DNA of 62,479 nucleotides, filler included, from Globobulimina sp. (GCA_003354225.1; 34 parts of 34 records of this genome joined end to end with filler, not necessarily neighbours in it), one strand, 5' to 3'. Positions 12,092-24,701 are shown, counted from the whole stretch's first letter. Program-made: numbers and translations. Notes: generated from the letters alone by a model not told the origin.

Positions 12092-12790
12092 TTAATGTAG
12101 CTCATCCGTATCAGATTGGTTGAACGTTATTGTAGGTTGTTTTTGTAATTCAATCTGTGCTTTTTGTTGATACAACCTCGATCTAAACCATTCAAACAAT
12201 TCTGTGATATCAACATCGCCTGAATCATCTGCATCCATTATATGCCATAACAGCTCTGTTTCTTCACTATTTAAACCAATCAATGCACCAAACTCCTCAA
12301 ATTCATCATATTCCAATTTACCGGAATGATTAACATCCATTTGGTCAAATATTTTCAGTGCTTTTACTAATAATTCCCATGTAATCTGCTGTTGTATATG
12401 TTGCTTAATTTGAAAAACACGTACGTTAATTTGCGGATTGGTAAAATAATCCATAAATTCATTCAATGTTAATTTACCATCTTCATCATTTGAATCAATT
12501 AATTCAAACAATGCTTCTATTGAATCCTCAATATTTACAATCTCTAAAAAACGTTGTAACTCTTGATGATGCATATACAGCCCTGATTTTTTTGCAAATG
12601 GCTGATATCCTGCAAATGTATAAAAGATTACCAGCCTAATCTTCTTATATCGCTCCCAATCGTCTGTATCTAAATTGTTTTCCTCATTTGTAGGATTACG
12701 TTTTAATTTTTTTGCATTATCACCAATTGGCGCATAAACATTATCTTCATCATTTGGTGAAACTCCACAACCACACCAAGCACTACCCAT
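12092..12790 (-). CDS. EF-hand calcium-binding protein with predicted N-terminal myristoylation/palmitoylation
   Basis: MGSAWCGC start; EF loops DSNDEDGKLTLNE, DVNHSGKLEYDE, DADDSGDVDITE. Confidence 0.88.
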   Translation of the reverse strand: MGSAWCGCGVSPNDEDNVYAPIGDNAKKLKRNPTNEENNLDTDDWERYKKIRLVIFYTFAGYQPFAKKSGLYMHHQELQRFLEIVNIEDSIEALFELIDSNDEDGKLTLNEFMDYFTNPQINVRVFQIKQHIQQQITWELLVKALKIFDQMDVNHSGKLEYDEFEEFGALIGLNSEETELLWHIMDADDSGDVDITELFEWFRSRLYQQKAQIELQKQPTITFNQSDTDELH

Positions 12791-12891
12791 TNNNNNNNNN
12801 NNNNNNNNNNNNNNNNNNNNNNNNNNNNNNNNNNNTTAATTAATTAANNNNNNNNNNNNNNNNNNNNNNNNNNNNNNNNNNNNNNNNNNNN

Positions 12892-13090
12892 GCTGTCTTC
12901 AATCGTAGCATCATACTCCTGTTTAAATTCATTTACAACCATTCTTATGGTTATAGCACTTTTTCCAACTGCTCCTGCTCCTAAAATAACAATTTTATGC
13001 TGATTCAGTGTTAATAATGTTTGTGTTTGGCTTGAATATATAGAAACAAATACACTCAACTCCACTGGATGTGGACAGACGTTCACTCAT
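12892..13090 (-). CDS. Ras-family small GTPase, N-terminal fragment (probable intron of about 60 nt after codon 10)
   Basis: HKIVILGAGAVGKSAITIR and effector loop YDATIEDS. Confidence 0.9.
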
Positions 13091-13217
13091 TATATATGGA
13101 ATGGGAATTATTTTCCAGATCAGGAGAGTTCCGGGCGATGTCCTATTGTTTTAAGTGACTAAAAAACTACTAATAAACACCCAAATTTATTAAATCCTAT
13201 TATTTTAAGCATCCCAT

Positions 13218-14459
13218 ATGCCTACCATTTCAAAGCCGAAGTTGATATTATCATTTTTATGTATGATAATATGGATATTTGTTGCTTGCCATTTCTTTTG
13301 GATATTGTGCCCCATGCGACAACATTTTGAATTTGATGACAATGAAATTAGCTACAATCGGAATGATGATACGTTGAAATTGATTGCTAACTTAACCAAA
13401 AACAGGACAAATCTGAAACTTTTTCCGAGCAAACCGCTCAGATTTAATAGTAATACATCAACGGACCATTGTAACCGGCAATATATTAATATTGGTACAA
13501 TACATAATTGTTCGACAAACAACAAGAACAACATTGGCATTGTATCAATGCATATGGCCAAAACAAACATTAATTACAATGTAAAAAAGATTGTAAGCAA
13601 TCACCTGTCATACACCAAAAAACACCAACACATTTATTTTGAAATTAGTAAATATGCTGACGAGCAAATTTCAAATTTGCCTTTGGATAAAAAGCACGCA
13701 GAACATGATAGGGTATTATTATCAAAGATATCTTTAATACATACATTATTCACTCAATACAGCAGCAATCTGCAGTACATATTATGGGTTGATTTTGATG
13801 CATTATTTTGGGACTGCACACAATCAATCCAACAATCCATTATTCAGAAAGCGGAAACAATGTATAATAATACTGATATACATATAATATTTGCTCATGG
13901 CGCTGATTCTATAATAAATTCAGGAATTGTGTTGTTTAAAAATACGGATTGGACGCTATCATTTTTGGACAGTATGAGATTTCCAAGCATACAATTTGCA
14001 AAAGATATAAATATGATTCATCCCGGTTGGGGTGATCAAAATATTTATATTGCAAAGTTAATGGGATACACAAATGAAGAAAAGCTGCAGGATTTTAATA
14101 ATTATTTGTTGAGTGGTCCTTTTTATAATTCCTCCATCATAGAGACTCATGGCATGGTAACTATTATTGATAAAAATGTGACAACAGAGGATACCGCAGG
14201 CACTTGGGACAGATTAACGAATCGTAATATTTCATTGGAGTTACACTCTAAAATAGATGTAGCTCTTCGCAGTCATATATGTATTGTGACACCAATGGAT
14301 ATAAATTTTGGATATAAGTTTTATAAAAATAAGTATATTCGACGCAGAATACAAAAACATAAACCTTTTATAATGCATTTTGCTGGGCCGGGACAGAAAC
14401 AGTATTTGTGGTTACGATCAAATAAACAAATAAATGACAAAACACAACTTACTTGTTGA
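13218..14459 (+). CDS. Type II membrane glycosyltransferase, GT34 (GMA12/MNN10)-like
   Basis: N-terminal TM helix; YILWVDFDA (DxD), INSGIVLFKNTDW, GDQ, IMHFAG. Confidence 0.82.
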   Translation: MPTISKPKLILSFLCMIIWIFVACHFFWILCPMRQHFEFDDNEISYNRNDDTLKLIANLTKNRTNLKLFPSKPLRFNSNTSTDHCNRQYINIGTIHNCSTNNKNNIGIVSMHMAKTNINYNVKKIVSNHLSYTKKHQHIYFEISKYADEQISNLPLDKKHAEHDRVLLSKISLIHTLFTQYSSNLQYILWVDFDALFWDCTQSIQQSIIQKAETMYNNTDIHIIFAHGADSIINSGIVLFKNTDWTLSFLDSMRFPSIQFAKDINMIHPGWGDQNIYIAKLMGYTNEEKLQDFNNYLLSGPFYNSSIIETHGMVTIIDKNVTTEDTAGTWDRLTNRNISLELHSKIDVALRSHICIVTPMDINFGYKFYKNKYIRRRIQKHKPFIMHFAGPGQKQYLWLRSNKQINDKTQLTC

Positions 14460-14732
14460 ATTATGTAGTTATGTGGGGGATATTTAATCAGATAGATTTC
14501 ACAGAAATAGTCCGATTCCATAAGAAGGTAAAAACTTTGCTTTGCTTGTCACATTTTTCCGTGCAACAAAAACGAACAATGTTAAATCCGACATATCGTG
14601 AGACAACAGATAAATTTAAGCAACTCAGAACTNNNNNNNNNNNNNNNNNNNNNNNNNNNNNNNNNNNNNNNNNNNNTTAATTAATTAANNNNNNNNNNNN
14701 NNNNNNNNNNNNNNNNNNNNNNNNNNNNNNNN

Positions 14733-16473
14733 TCAATAAAAACACAACGTACTGGCATCAATCTCCATGTTGCATTTTTTGCAAATAACATATGATATGT
14801 CCAGATGGATAATGGAAGAATGGTATGATCAGCATACTAGTCGCGCAAAACGTGTATTTTACCATGACAAACTAATCATGGTTTATTACGAAGATTTTTC
14901 CAATCATAAAGACCAACTTTGGTCCTATACAACTAGTCACAATGACACATCCAATGCTATTTCATGCACATTGCAATCATACAACGAGGCAAATGCATAT
15001 CCAATCAGTGACGAAGCCTCTTCTGGCCGCTTAGCGAGCAGCTCCGAATGGTTCCAATTTGGAGGCAATTACAGTGAAGAATATCTAGGCAAATCCTTTA
15101 CAATTCGTGGTATTTCCGCTGAAGGCTGGAAAAGAAATACATCCGTTAACTTTACCTCACCTCGTACCGGCTGGACATACCACCAATCCTTTGTAGTGAC
15201 ATATTATTTCTCTGCAGAGTCATGGAATTGGTTCGGCTCCGCCGAGAAACGCATACCAATTCGCGTGGAGTTACGCGGACAAAGACTCACCGACTATGGC
15301 AATAACAGCATCTCTGCGCCTTATGATTACTATCACATTTATGAATATGTGCAGTTCTTAGAAAATGACTTGGCATTGGATCAAGAATTGGTGTTTGAGG
15401 TTCCTCTTTTTTACGAACAATGCGATGTTTCAGCTTATTGTAATTATTACAACGAGACACAAAAACAAATTTGCTCCGATTATAAAGGTATGTTTATATG
15501 CGACTTATTTCTTTTTTAGTGTCAAAATTCCGTCCGTTTTTTTTTGCAAATCCTCTCCAAATCTTTTTAGGGCCCGCAATGCCCAAATTTGCAAAGAGTT
15601 TTTCAATGAGGATGGAAATGACGGTGGTCGACGGTGGCAACGTTGCCGGCGTCTCGGGTTCGGCCACTACAGCGGGTGAATTTTATTATGATTACGTGAA
15701 GGATCGGTCGCATATCATTTGGCATGGATTATATGAGGGCTTTTATGAGAATGCAATTCATGAATTGTTGCTTGCAGAGCACAATCAACGATGGTTATGG
15801 TTGGGCGACGGCATCGGGAATACGGCCACCAGCCAAGATGACGTATTGTCTTATTGCGAAATGCAACAAATGCTATTCAATGTAACTAGGTACAGTGCTT
15901 CTAAATAAATATATATATACCTATTTGTATGACATTGTGTGCATAGTTTGGCTTATTTGGTGCCGGTGGCTGGCGGACACATTGTGAATCCAAGTCGGTT
16001 ATTTTTATTCAACGACCACAGTGACACTGCAGACCCCTATCTATCCACTGAGACATGGATGGGATACACGACTGTCCGCGGCATCCCTGCCGAAAAATGG
16101 AAAGCGACTTTCAACCAAGCCCTGACCACTGGCGATACCTCGTATTTAAGGCAGACTGTACCGTCCATAATACCGTCCAACCAAATGATAATTCTCAACG
16201 CGACCATTTATTATTATTTCTCCAGTGCGAACTGGACATTTTCATACATGAGCAATGAATCGGTGATACCGCTCCGAGGCGAAATATTTGGCACTTATAA
16301 AGTATACAATTTCAGCAATTCGACGCAGAATTATGATACCTTTGTGCACGAATATGCGTTGCAGCAAAGTTTTAATCTGTTCGACTATCTGCAGCAAACA
16401 CCGAGTGACGAATATTTTGGCATTCCTGTGAGCTGGCGGAGAGACTGTGTGATTGACAGCGATTATTGTCTGG
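14733..16473 (+). CDS. Secreted repeat-domain protein, ependymin-related/LolA-fold-like; partial; introns 15488-15570 and 15890-15946
   Basis: Two GT-AG introns join three ORFs in frame; repeated domain with (T/V)RGI(S/P)AE.WK and YYFS(A/S)..W motifs; many N-glycosylation sequons. Confidence 0.55.
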
Positions 16474-16589
16474 NNNNNNNNNNNNNNNNNNNNNNNNNNN
16501 NNNNNNNNNNNNNNNNNTTAATTAATTAANNNNNNNNNNNNNNNNNNNNNNNNNNNNNNNNNNNNNNNNNNNNGAATTGTTAAACCATT

Positions 16590-17363
16590 ATGGCAAAAGC
16601 ATGGGAATCAATGAACAAAGACAACACTGTCAGCTTCGAATTTGAAGAAGAATTTGGATGTGCTGTTTCCTTTGAGTTCAATTGGCAGGAATTTCATGAC
16701 ATGATACCAAATGCATGGAAAGACAAGATTCTTTTACATGCAATTTCTTTGGCCAAGGAGCAGGCTGAACCAGCACATAATATAGATGCTAAATTTGATG
16801 CATTGTCTTGTAAAGATGACGACAACATTATGGAACATTTGATCAAGAAATTTTGCAAGGAAAAATCATGGGCACTTATTCAGACAATGGCGTATCAACA
16901 TTGTGATTGGTGCTGGGAACAAGAAGACAGGAAATGTCACTGTTCTAGTATGAATCAACTCGAACTTCATGGAACAGATGCCATCAAGCAAGTTGCAAAT
17001 GATGAAGAAATGCACACTGCATTTGAACACAAATTCAGGCGTCAATTACCTCCAACACCCACAGATATGTGGCATAAAAAGTTAAAAGGACCATGGCTCA
17101 AAGATATATATGAAGATATTAAACAGGACATCCAGTTTGGACAGCTAGGCGAAGCAAAACCAACTGTACTTCCTGGAAATTCCTGGTTTGGTTCAAAGAA
17201 TTTCACAGTTCCCCAAACACCTCCTCTAGATGCAATTTCAGTTTGGCAGATCCAACAAGAGACTGACTTACAGAATGCTGAATTGCATAGGATGAATGCT
17301 CAGTTGACAGACAATAATGGCCCATTGAATGTTTCAGTAGATGACTTGAATGGGTTACCATAG
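16590..17363 (+). CDS. Hypothetical protein (probably 5'-partial)
   Basis: 257-aa ORF with a CDWC...CHC cluster; no family recognised. Confidence 0.5.
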   Translation: MAKAWESMNKDNTVSFEFEEEFGCAVSFEFNWQEFHDMIPNAWKDKILLHAISLAKEQAEPAHNIDAKFDALSCKDDDNIMEHLIKKFCKEKSWALIQTMAYQHCDWCWEQEDRKCHCSSMNQLELHGTDAIKQVANDEEMHTAFEHKFRRQLPPTPTDMWHKKLKGPWLKDIYEDIKQDIQFGQLGEAKPTVLPGNSWFGSKNFTVPQTPPLDAISVWQIQQETDLQNAELHRMNAQLTDNNGPLNVSVDDLNGLP

Positions 17364-18223
17364 ATAGGTTATTTCATAGTTTTCTCACCACTATTTCATT
17401 CTGTAACAAGGATTACAATTTCACTTATTACCTGTATTAACTAAGTAACTTTTAGTATAATCCTAAAGTTTAATAAAATGCAAGCTAACTATTTTGTTCG
17501 TAGAATTCAGAAGAGAAATTTGACTATTTAATTAACTTACAATCTGTACTATGTTCCAGCTCGGTTGTCCTGCATTAACATACTATCTATACCCTTAACT
17601 TGGCTGTGTATTAAATATATGAGGAGTGGCACGTTTTTGACACAGATGGGGAAACTAAAAAAATTATTAGATGTATTATACTGTAGTGAATGTTTTTTGG
17701 AAAATCGTGCTAGGACCACTGTATGTGAACAATTTTGGTTGTTGTAGTATAGTATATACAATACAATACATATACACGTGTACATATTATGATTGCTGCG
17801 AAATAATTGTGTGCTAGCTATGCATTTGCATATGTTGTTTATAAAATATATATACAAGTTTATTGAAAATTTTGTCAGAATCGGCCTGTTTCATAAAAAG
17901 TTACAAATTCACAAGTAAAAAGTCACAAGTTGACGATTAATCTGTTATTGCAGAAATATTTTAGATGTTGAAATTGCTTCCCTCCCTACTCGGATCGGAA
18001 GATGTACGACTTGATGAATAATGTTTCAATTTTAACATAAAATATATCGAAGCAGTCGCGATTCATTCTTTTGTCGATTACGGTTCTTTTTACTTTGAAA
18101 CTATGGTATCCAAACTGCCGCAAATTATAGCTTCACTGTGAGTTTAGTTACCACCATCTAACCGGCATCTTAGTGAAGCTCATAAAATCATTTCAGAAAC
18201 TGTGACTTCTATTCAATCACAGA

Positions 18224-18277
18224 ATAAATAGTACATCAGTGGCAGACAGCATAAATAGTACATCAGTGGCAGACAGC
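18224..18277. repeat. 27-bp perfect tandem duplication
   Basis: ATAAATAGTACATCAGTGGCAGACAGC x2. Confidence 0.9.
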
Positions 18278-18414
18278 ACAAGTACAGTAACACAGATTAT
18301 ATGGTAATGAAAGANNNNNNNNNNNNNNNNNNNNNNNNNNNNNNNNNNNNNNNNNNNNTTAATTAATTAANNNNNNNNNNNNNNNNNNNNNNNNNNNNNN
18401 NNNNNNNNNNNNNN

Positions 18415-20155
18415 CTTAAGTACTAGCCATCACCGTACCGAAATGTTTTCTGGTCTGTCACCAGTGTCACCTCCAACTGTCAGCAAATTTCATCGCCCTC
18501 GAAACAGCAATATGAACAATCGAAACAGCATTAATAACAGCAACATTAATACTGCCAGCAACAGGAATATGCCACAAAATCGCAACAATATGAACCGTTA
18601 CATTAACACTAACAATAATCAATACCAGGCTGGGGATAGGAACCAAAGACCCTATACGAACCTGAACAGCAATATAAATAATGAAAATAGACGCTATACG
18701 ACCATCAATTTTACAGTTGATTTATGTTACGGAGACAAAATTCGTTTGCGGGATGGTCGTGAAGGCGATATAAAATTTATTGGTACTATTGGCTACAAAG
18801 CAGACGAAATTTGGTATGGAATTCACTTAAAATCCAACACTGGAAATTGTAATGGAATTCAACACAATCGATTGTTTTTTCCCTGTCGGCCCGGACATGG
18901 TCTATTTGCTGCAAGACACGAGATTGCAAATATATTATCCTACTCTGCGAGCAATGGACAACGTTTCTGTATTGGTCAAAGAATAAAATGTCAACACGGC
19001 GTTGGTATTATCAAATTCATCGGACAGGTTCAAACAAATCATAATCAACGTACATTATTATATGGCATCGAGTTAAAAAAACAAACAGTTGGAGGCCATA
19101 ACGGCATGATGTACAAAACTGTTTATTTTGTTTGTAGACCGTTTCATGGAATATTTCTCACTCCGAAAGACATGATCATATATCCAAAGAAAAAAAGAAG
19201 AAAAACACACAAAAAACGTCAACATAATATGTCAAATCAAAATCAACCAAGCTCAAGAAATTCAAGATATAGCCGTCAGAGCAAACGGCTACCACCCAAT
19301 ATAGATATAGATATAGATACAAATACTAATAACAACTCAGCACAACAACGTTCATTACGATCACAATCACCAAATTCTGATAATTCATCGTCTGGTTCAA
19401 ACAATGAACAAAATGAGGAGGAAATTCAAGCTGCAGTAAAAAATACAAACTTTGACAATATACTCGAAAGATGTTTAGTATTCTACTAATTTTTCTTTTT
19501 ATATCATGTTAATGTACTTTGCTTTTTGCTGCCAGACAAACGCTCAAATTCTCGTCATTCGCAACACGAAGAAGTCAAATATAATACTTATAATCCACGA
19601 CCAACAGCGTCCACTCCGCAACCAATTCAACAAAAGCATAGCCTCAAAAGTAAAAGGCTTCGTCGGCCAACACATCACAAACAAGCACAATCATTACCGA
19701 ACCAACACAACTTATCACCAATATTTGCTCCACAACGCCAACCAACAAATATACACAGCACAGCACTGGATGACAACAGCACACATGACAGGTATAACAA
19801 TCACAACACACAAATCAGTTCCACACCAACACCAATCAACACAATGCGGCAAATCAATATATATAATAAGCCGCTGGCCCAATCATTGCAAGTAACCCCT
19901 TCCAAACACCGACAGGCCCACAGCGCCTTAAACATATTATCGAATCAACCATATTTATGTCAATCTCAATCAGTATTCGCCGATGCACCGGCGCCCCCAC
20001 CCCACACTAACTACAATCCATTAGCCACACCCAACAACATTCTGACTCATAGCTTAAGTCTCCAACATAGCAAATCTACACCGTACCATAATGTAGCAAA
20101 AGACTCTCCCATTCAAACGGTAAGCCAATATGCGCCGTTAAAGGCAGTGCCAGAC
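18415..20155 (+). CDS. Tandem CAP-Gly domain protein; partial; intron 19473-19535
   Basis: Two CAP-Gly domains (GDIKFIG..WYGIHL..GNCNG..FPCRPGHGLF; GIIKFIG..YGIEL..GGHNG..FVCRPFHGIF); the intron links to the low-complexity ORF 19526-20155. Confidence 0.88.
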
Positions 20156-20522
20156 NNNNNNNNNNNNNNNNNNNNNNNNNNNNNNNNNNNNNNNNNNNNT
20201 TAATTAATTAANNNNNNNNNNNNNNNNNNNNNNNNNNNNNNNNNNNNNNNNNNNNGTACACGGATAAAAACATGTATCTTCCTAAATTTTGTGATAACAA
20301 ACGCGGCTTTAAAGCTCCAAAATTTGACACCTTTGTTTTTTATTTTGATTTTAGATCCGACCATTGATTGTAGGATAAAGGTTAGTTTATACATTTCGCT
20401 CCGTCACAAGAAGGGCACAATAAATAAAATTCAACACAAAATAATTTAGCAAAACAAAAAACGTATTTATTGCTGACAATATGTTAACTAAATAATAAAT
20501 AAAAAAAAAGATCATTATTTTA

Positions 20523-21887
20523 TTACGGAGTGCGTGGAGTGCGTGGCATTGTGCTTCGTGGTGAAGCTGGGATAAAATGCTCCGAGTACGCATCGCTACT
20601 TTCAAAGCGAGCCACCGAATATATCATCAACCTGAACACTGCATACCGCGCAGTATCAAATATATGAAATAATTCATTAATATCATTATCCAAATTTTCT
20701 TTTAACGCTTCCAATAACTCCTGATCGCATTTGATAGTACTCGTCTCATATCCCAATTTCTCATAGATTTTAATCCGACTGTCCCCAGAAATATTGATAC
20801 AAAAATATGACCCATTCACGATATACTTCGAACACAATTTGACACATTGCATCCATGGATCCGTGATAGCGATATTCAATTCAAATTCGTCCACATTCAA
20901 TTCAATAGTTAGCTGCTGATGATGCGAGGAGGCCGCTCCACCGCTAATTGTATTCAATGTGGCTGATTTTCGCGACACATTTGTCTCCGTAAGCTCCACA
21001 TCGCCATCACGCAAAACCAACCCATCATCGGCCCCGTTCCAGCTCACAATTCTCGATTTCGGCACATTTTTATGAAATTTTACAATCGGTACATTTTTGC
21101 AGGCTCTCTCATCAATGATAAGACTGACATGGTCGCGTTCACATTGCCGCATTATAGAATGCATCCACTGCGAGGTTTCTATAAAAAACAACAGATTCTC
21201 GATGGCCAACTCCTTCATCAAATGCGCCGCAAACAATCTACACCCGTTTTTATGATATAATATGGATTTCAATTTGAAATATTGGGAGCTCATTTTTGCA
21301 TTTCTGCTCTCCTCGTCGAGAGCTTGTAATTCTAACTCGATATCGCCGGATTGCAGGGTCTGCTTTCTTTTATACCCAACCACCGCGGCCAATAATCGCT
21401 GCTGATTCGTGTAAAGTGCGTGTTGGCCCACCAGCCAACACCACAAAGGCAAATCAAACTTTTTCAACGGATATAACAAGACAGCGCAACACTGTGCAAA
21501 CGCGGCGACTGTGCCCAATGATGAGAATAAGCCATATTTCCAGGTCGAGGGCTGCCAATTTAATATCAAGCCAAACACAAAAAACACGAAAACACCAATC
21601 ACATACAACCGAATGGTTAATATCAATTCGTGCCGAATACGCCATATATCATCGAATTTGGGTATTTGATACCGGATATATATCAAAAATGACAGGGCCA
21701 TCAAGGCTTGCAACAAAAATAAACTTCGGGAGACTGCTGTAAACGCATTGGATGTGGCGATATATGCTATATATAATATGGCTGTGACGAACCACGGGAT
21801 TACGAATGCAGGCATTACTTTGTTTGGGTGGCCATATCTTGTTCGATTTTTTACAAACCAATTATTCTCTGCAGGATTGATATACAA
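20523..21887 (-). CDS. Multi-pass membrane protein fused to a C-terminal RGS domain (7TM-RGS-like); 5'-partial
   Basis: At least 4 TM helices, then GCRLFAAHLMKELAIENLLFFIE and KYIVNGSYFCINISG...IFDTARYAVFRLM (RGS helices, split by an insertion). Confidence 0.8.
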   Translation of the reverse strand: MYINPAENNWFVKNRTRYGHPNKVMPAFVIPWFVTAILYIAYIATSNAFTAVSRSLFLLQALMALSFLIYIRYQIPKFDDIWRIRHELILTIRLYVIGVFVFFVFGLILNWQPSTWKYGLFSSLGTVAAFAQCCAVLLYPLKKFDLPLWCWLVGQHALYTNQQRLLAAVVGYKRKQTLQSGDIELELQALDEESRNAKMSSQYFKLKSILYHKNGCRLFAAHLMKELAIENLLFFIETSQWMHSIMRQCERDHVSLIIDERACKNVPIVKFHKNVPKSRIVSWNGADDGLVLRDGDVELTETNVSRKSATLNTISGGAASSHHQQLTIELNVDEFELNIAITDPWMQCVKLCSKYIVNGSYFCINISGDSRIKIYEKLGYETSTIKCDQELLEALKENLDNDINELFHIFDTARYAVFRLMIYSVARFESSDAYSEHFIPASPRSTMPRTPRTP

Positions 21888-22096
21888 TCTCCCTTATTTA
21901 TAAATTTTTTGTTGTTGCTGAGTTTGCACTGTATAAAAAAAAAAGTCCTGTCATACATTGTTTATCTTTTACGGCCCGATTACATTTGATCTCATANNNN
22001 NNNNNNNNNNNNNNNNNNNNNNNNNNNNNNNNNNNNNNNNTTAATTAATTAANNNNNNNNNNNNNNNNNNNNNNNNNNNNNNNNNNNNNNNNNNNN

Positions 22097-23837
22097 TGTT
22101 GGTTTTTGTTGATATACTAATCCTCCAGTTGTTAATAACGAAGTATCCGTTTCTAATAAGAATCGATGTTTCGACGTAATTTTCATATCCGGATGGTGTA
22201 AAAGCAGTGCATTTGCAATTTTTTCTTGAATTTCATCAAATATCTTTCTTGATTCTGTCGATTTTACTAAAAATGTACGTAGATTCTTCTGCTTTATTGT
22301 CAATTTTCTTCCTTTCTCGTCGTGATCTGGCGGCAGCTTTGCACATTTAATCATTTCTTCTCGCAGTAAATATAGCTTCTCCGCTAAATTATGTACGTGC
22401 GGAGCAACATATTGTGCCATTCCTTCAAATGTTTGATAATCCGTTTTTGTTTTTAAATCCTCATATTTCATCTCCAATGCAGTCGTAGTATGTCTCTTTA
22501 ATACCTGCGCACCGCTGGACGTGATCTGTTTGTTAACACGTATATAATTTGAAAAACCTATTTTTGTCTTCGAAGCATGCAATTTTATATTATGCTTTAA
22601 AGCAATATCAATTAATCGCTCATATTCAACCAATGCCTTTTCTTTTGCTGAATCAATCTTAATAGCTTCAATGCCTTGATGCAGATCGTCTTGAATGGCA
22701 TAGGCAACACCTTCGAATAAATCCGATGCGACTTTATGGCAATAAATCGGTGCATTCTTCAATCCCTGCAATACGCGAAAAGGTACCAAAACTCCTCCAC
22801 GTACTCGAATAGCGCATACCCGACGACATCGCTTATCTAATCCGACGTGGTAAAACCACTTTTTTATGTCGGTCTGATTTGATAATAAAGCGCCAGACGT
22901 TAAGTCATGGAGCTCGTCTATCGTCAAATTGTCGTATATGTATGGGAATGTATTTGCATTTAATGGTTTCATATCATTTACAGCTCGCGAAGCAACAATA
23001 ATATTATTATTCTCATCCTTTCCTAATGGTCGATGTACTACGAAAGCTCCACTCGTATTCTCCACTACGTGATCAGGATTGGACTGATTCTGCCAATCTA
23101 ATAATCCATTTTCAACCCATACTGCAATTTCTTTGTTTAATATAATGTCATCGGCTTTGCTTAATGGGTAAAATCCACCTAATTTCAACTTAGACCGATC
23201 AATAATGTGCACCATTAATGGCTTGACAGTGGTAACATGACCAACGTCAAAGTCCGATCTTGCATAGACATTCGCTTTCAATTTCAAATGATGTTTATGT
23301 CTCAATATGCGATTTATACCAAATGCATTTACATCATACTCGACATTATCAAACACCGCGGGATAACTGATCATCGTTCCATCCTTTAATTTGTGTTTAG
23401 ATAATTTAAATACGGCGGTATTGATACTTTGATTTAATGTCATTATTTTTTCATTGTTTATTTGTTTAATATCGGTAATATTTTGATCATCAATGACATA
23501 AATAAATGATTCATTGTTCTCCTGATTATTGATGAAATCACCATTTTTCAATTTCAATATGCGATTTATAGGACATATCTCATCCAATTTCAACTTATGA
23601 CAATTATTTGTTTGAGTATAAAGTCCGATGGCTGAGATACTAAAATTATTTTCGTTTTTACTTCTGTCAATGTCCGATTTCATAGCAAATCTCGCTTTTA
23701 ATGTTCTTACTTGATTATTTTCTGTTATTTTATATATTCCTGGGTCACCTTTATGGCGATATTCAATCTGATCCAAATAACTATTTACGTCTTCATCTTC
23801 GGGCATCATATTATATAATTTATGCCTAGCATGGTAA
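22097..23837 (-). mobile_element. LTR retrotransposon (Ty3/Gypsy-like) pol fragment: reverse transcriptase plus start of RNase H
   Basis: Frame open across the whole contig; RAVNDMKPLN, DIKKWFYHV, RVLQGLKNAP, AIQDDL; RNase H start FLLETDTS..GGLVYQ. Confidence 0.85.
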
Positions 23838-24513
23838 NNNNNNNNNNNNNNNNNNNNNNNNNNNNNNNNNNNNNNNNNNNNTTAATTAATTAANNNNNNN
23901 NNNNNNNNNNNNNNNNNNNNNNNNNNNNNNNNNNNNNTGTTGCAATTTGCATGTTGGTTACAAAAGAATTGCGACAATTTTATAATGAATTGAATCTAAT
24001 AATTCCATGCAGATAATGTTGATGTGCATGGTTTGCAGTCCCTTATCCAGCATACTGCCTTTCATTCTGCAGAATGGAAAGAATTTCAAGAAAAATTATC
24101 TAACATTTATTATTAATCAATCAAACAACATTAAGCTCACTCATTAATTTAATATCATTTTTAACGAAATCATTTTTTATGGTTTAATTAAAAATAATAT
24201 CATTTTCTTTAATAGTTTGTTAGTTTGCATGTGTGTTTCTGTTGTAAAGTACTTAGTATAAGTTTACATACAAAATTTCATCTAATTCTTACAGTGTGGT
24301 ATATTGACCTTTGTACCCCTATTGTAAGCCCCCTAGTTCACTACTTTAGTATCTTAGACCTTAAGCTAGTCACTAACCCATTCTACCTATACTCCACTGA
24401 ATACCACAACAGGCTGTATAAATTAGCACAAAGAGCAACACCTGTGACTTGTAGGTGCTGCACTGTTTCATGGATTTTCATGATTTTTAATATTTGGAAC
24501 GTCCGTAAACCCG

Positions 24514-24701
24514 TAAGGGAATGTTCTAGTATTACGTAATTAGAATTGATACCTAGGACCTAGGTGTCGTTAATTGTAATAAATTGTAATAACTTGTTTT
24601 TGAAAGCTGGTCACTCCGATCTCAATTGTAATAAATTGTAATTGATGACACCTAGGTCCTAGGTATCAATTCTAATTACGTAATACTAGAACATTCCCTT
24701 A
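24514..24701. mobile_element. MITE with 55-bp perfect terminal inverted repeats (outer TA may be the target-site duplication)
   Basis: 24514-24568 is the exact reverse complement of 24647-24701; internal direct repeat AATTGTAATAAATTGTAAT x2. Confidence 0.8.

Noticed and set aside
18050-18230. Possible decayed DDE integrase fragment
   Set aside because: Resemblance is vague and interrupted by stops; not supportable without a search.
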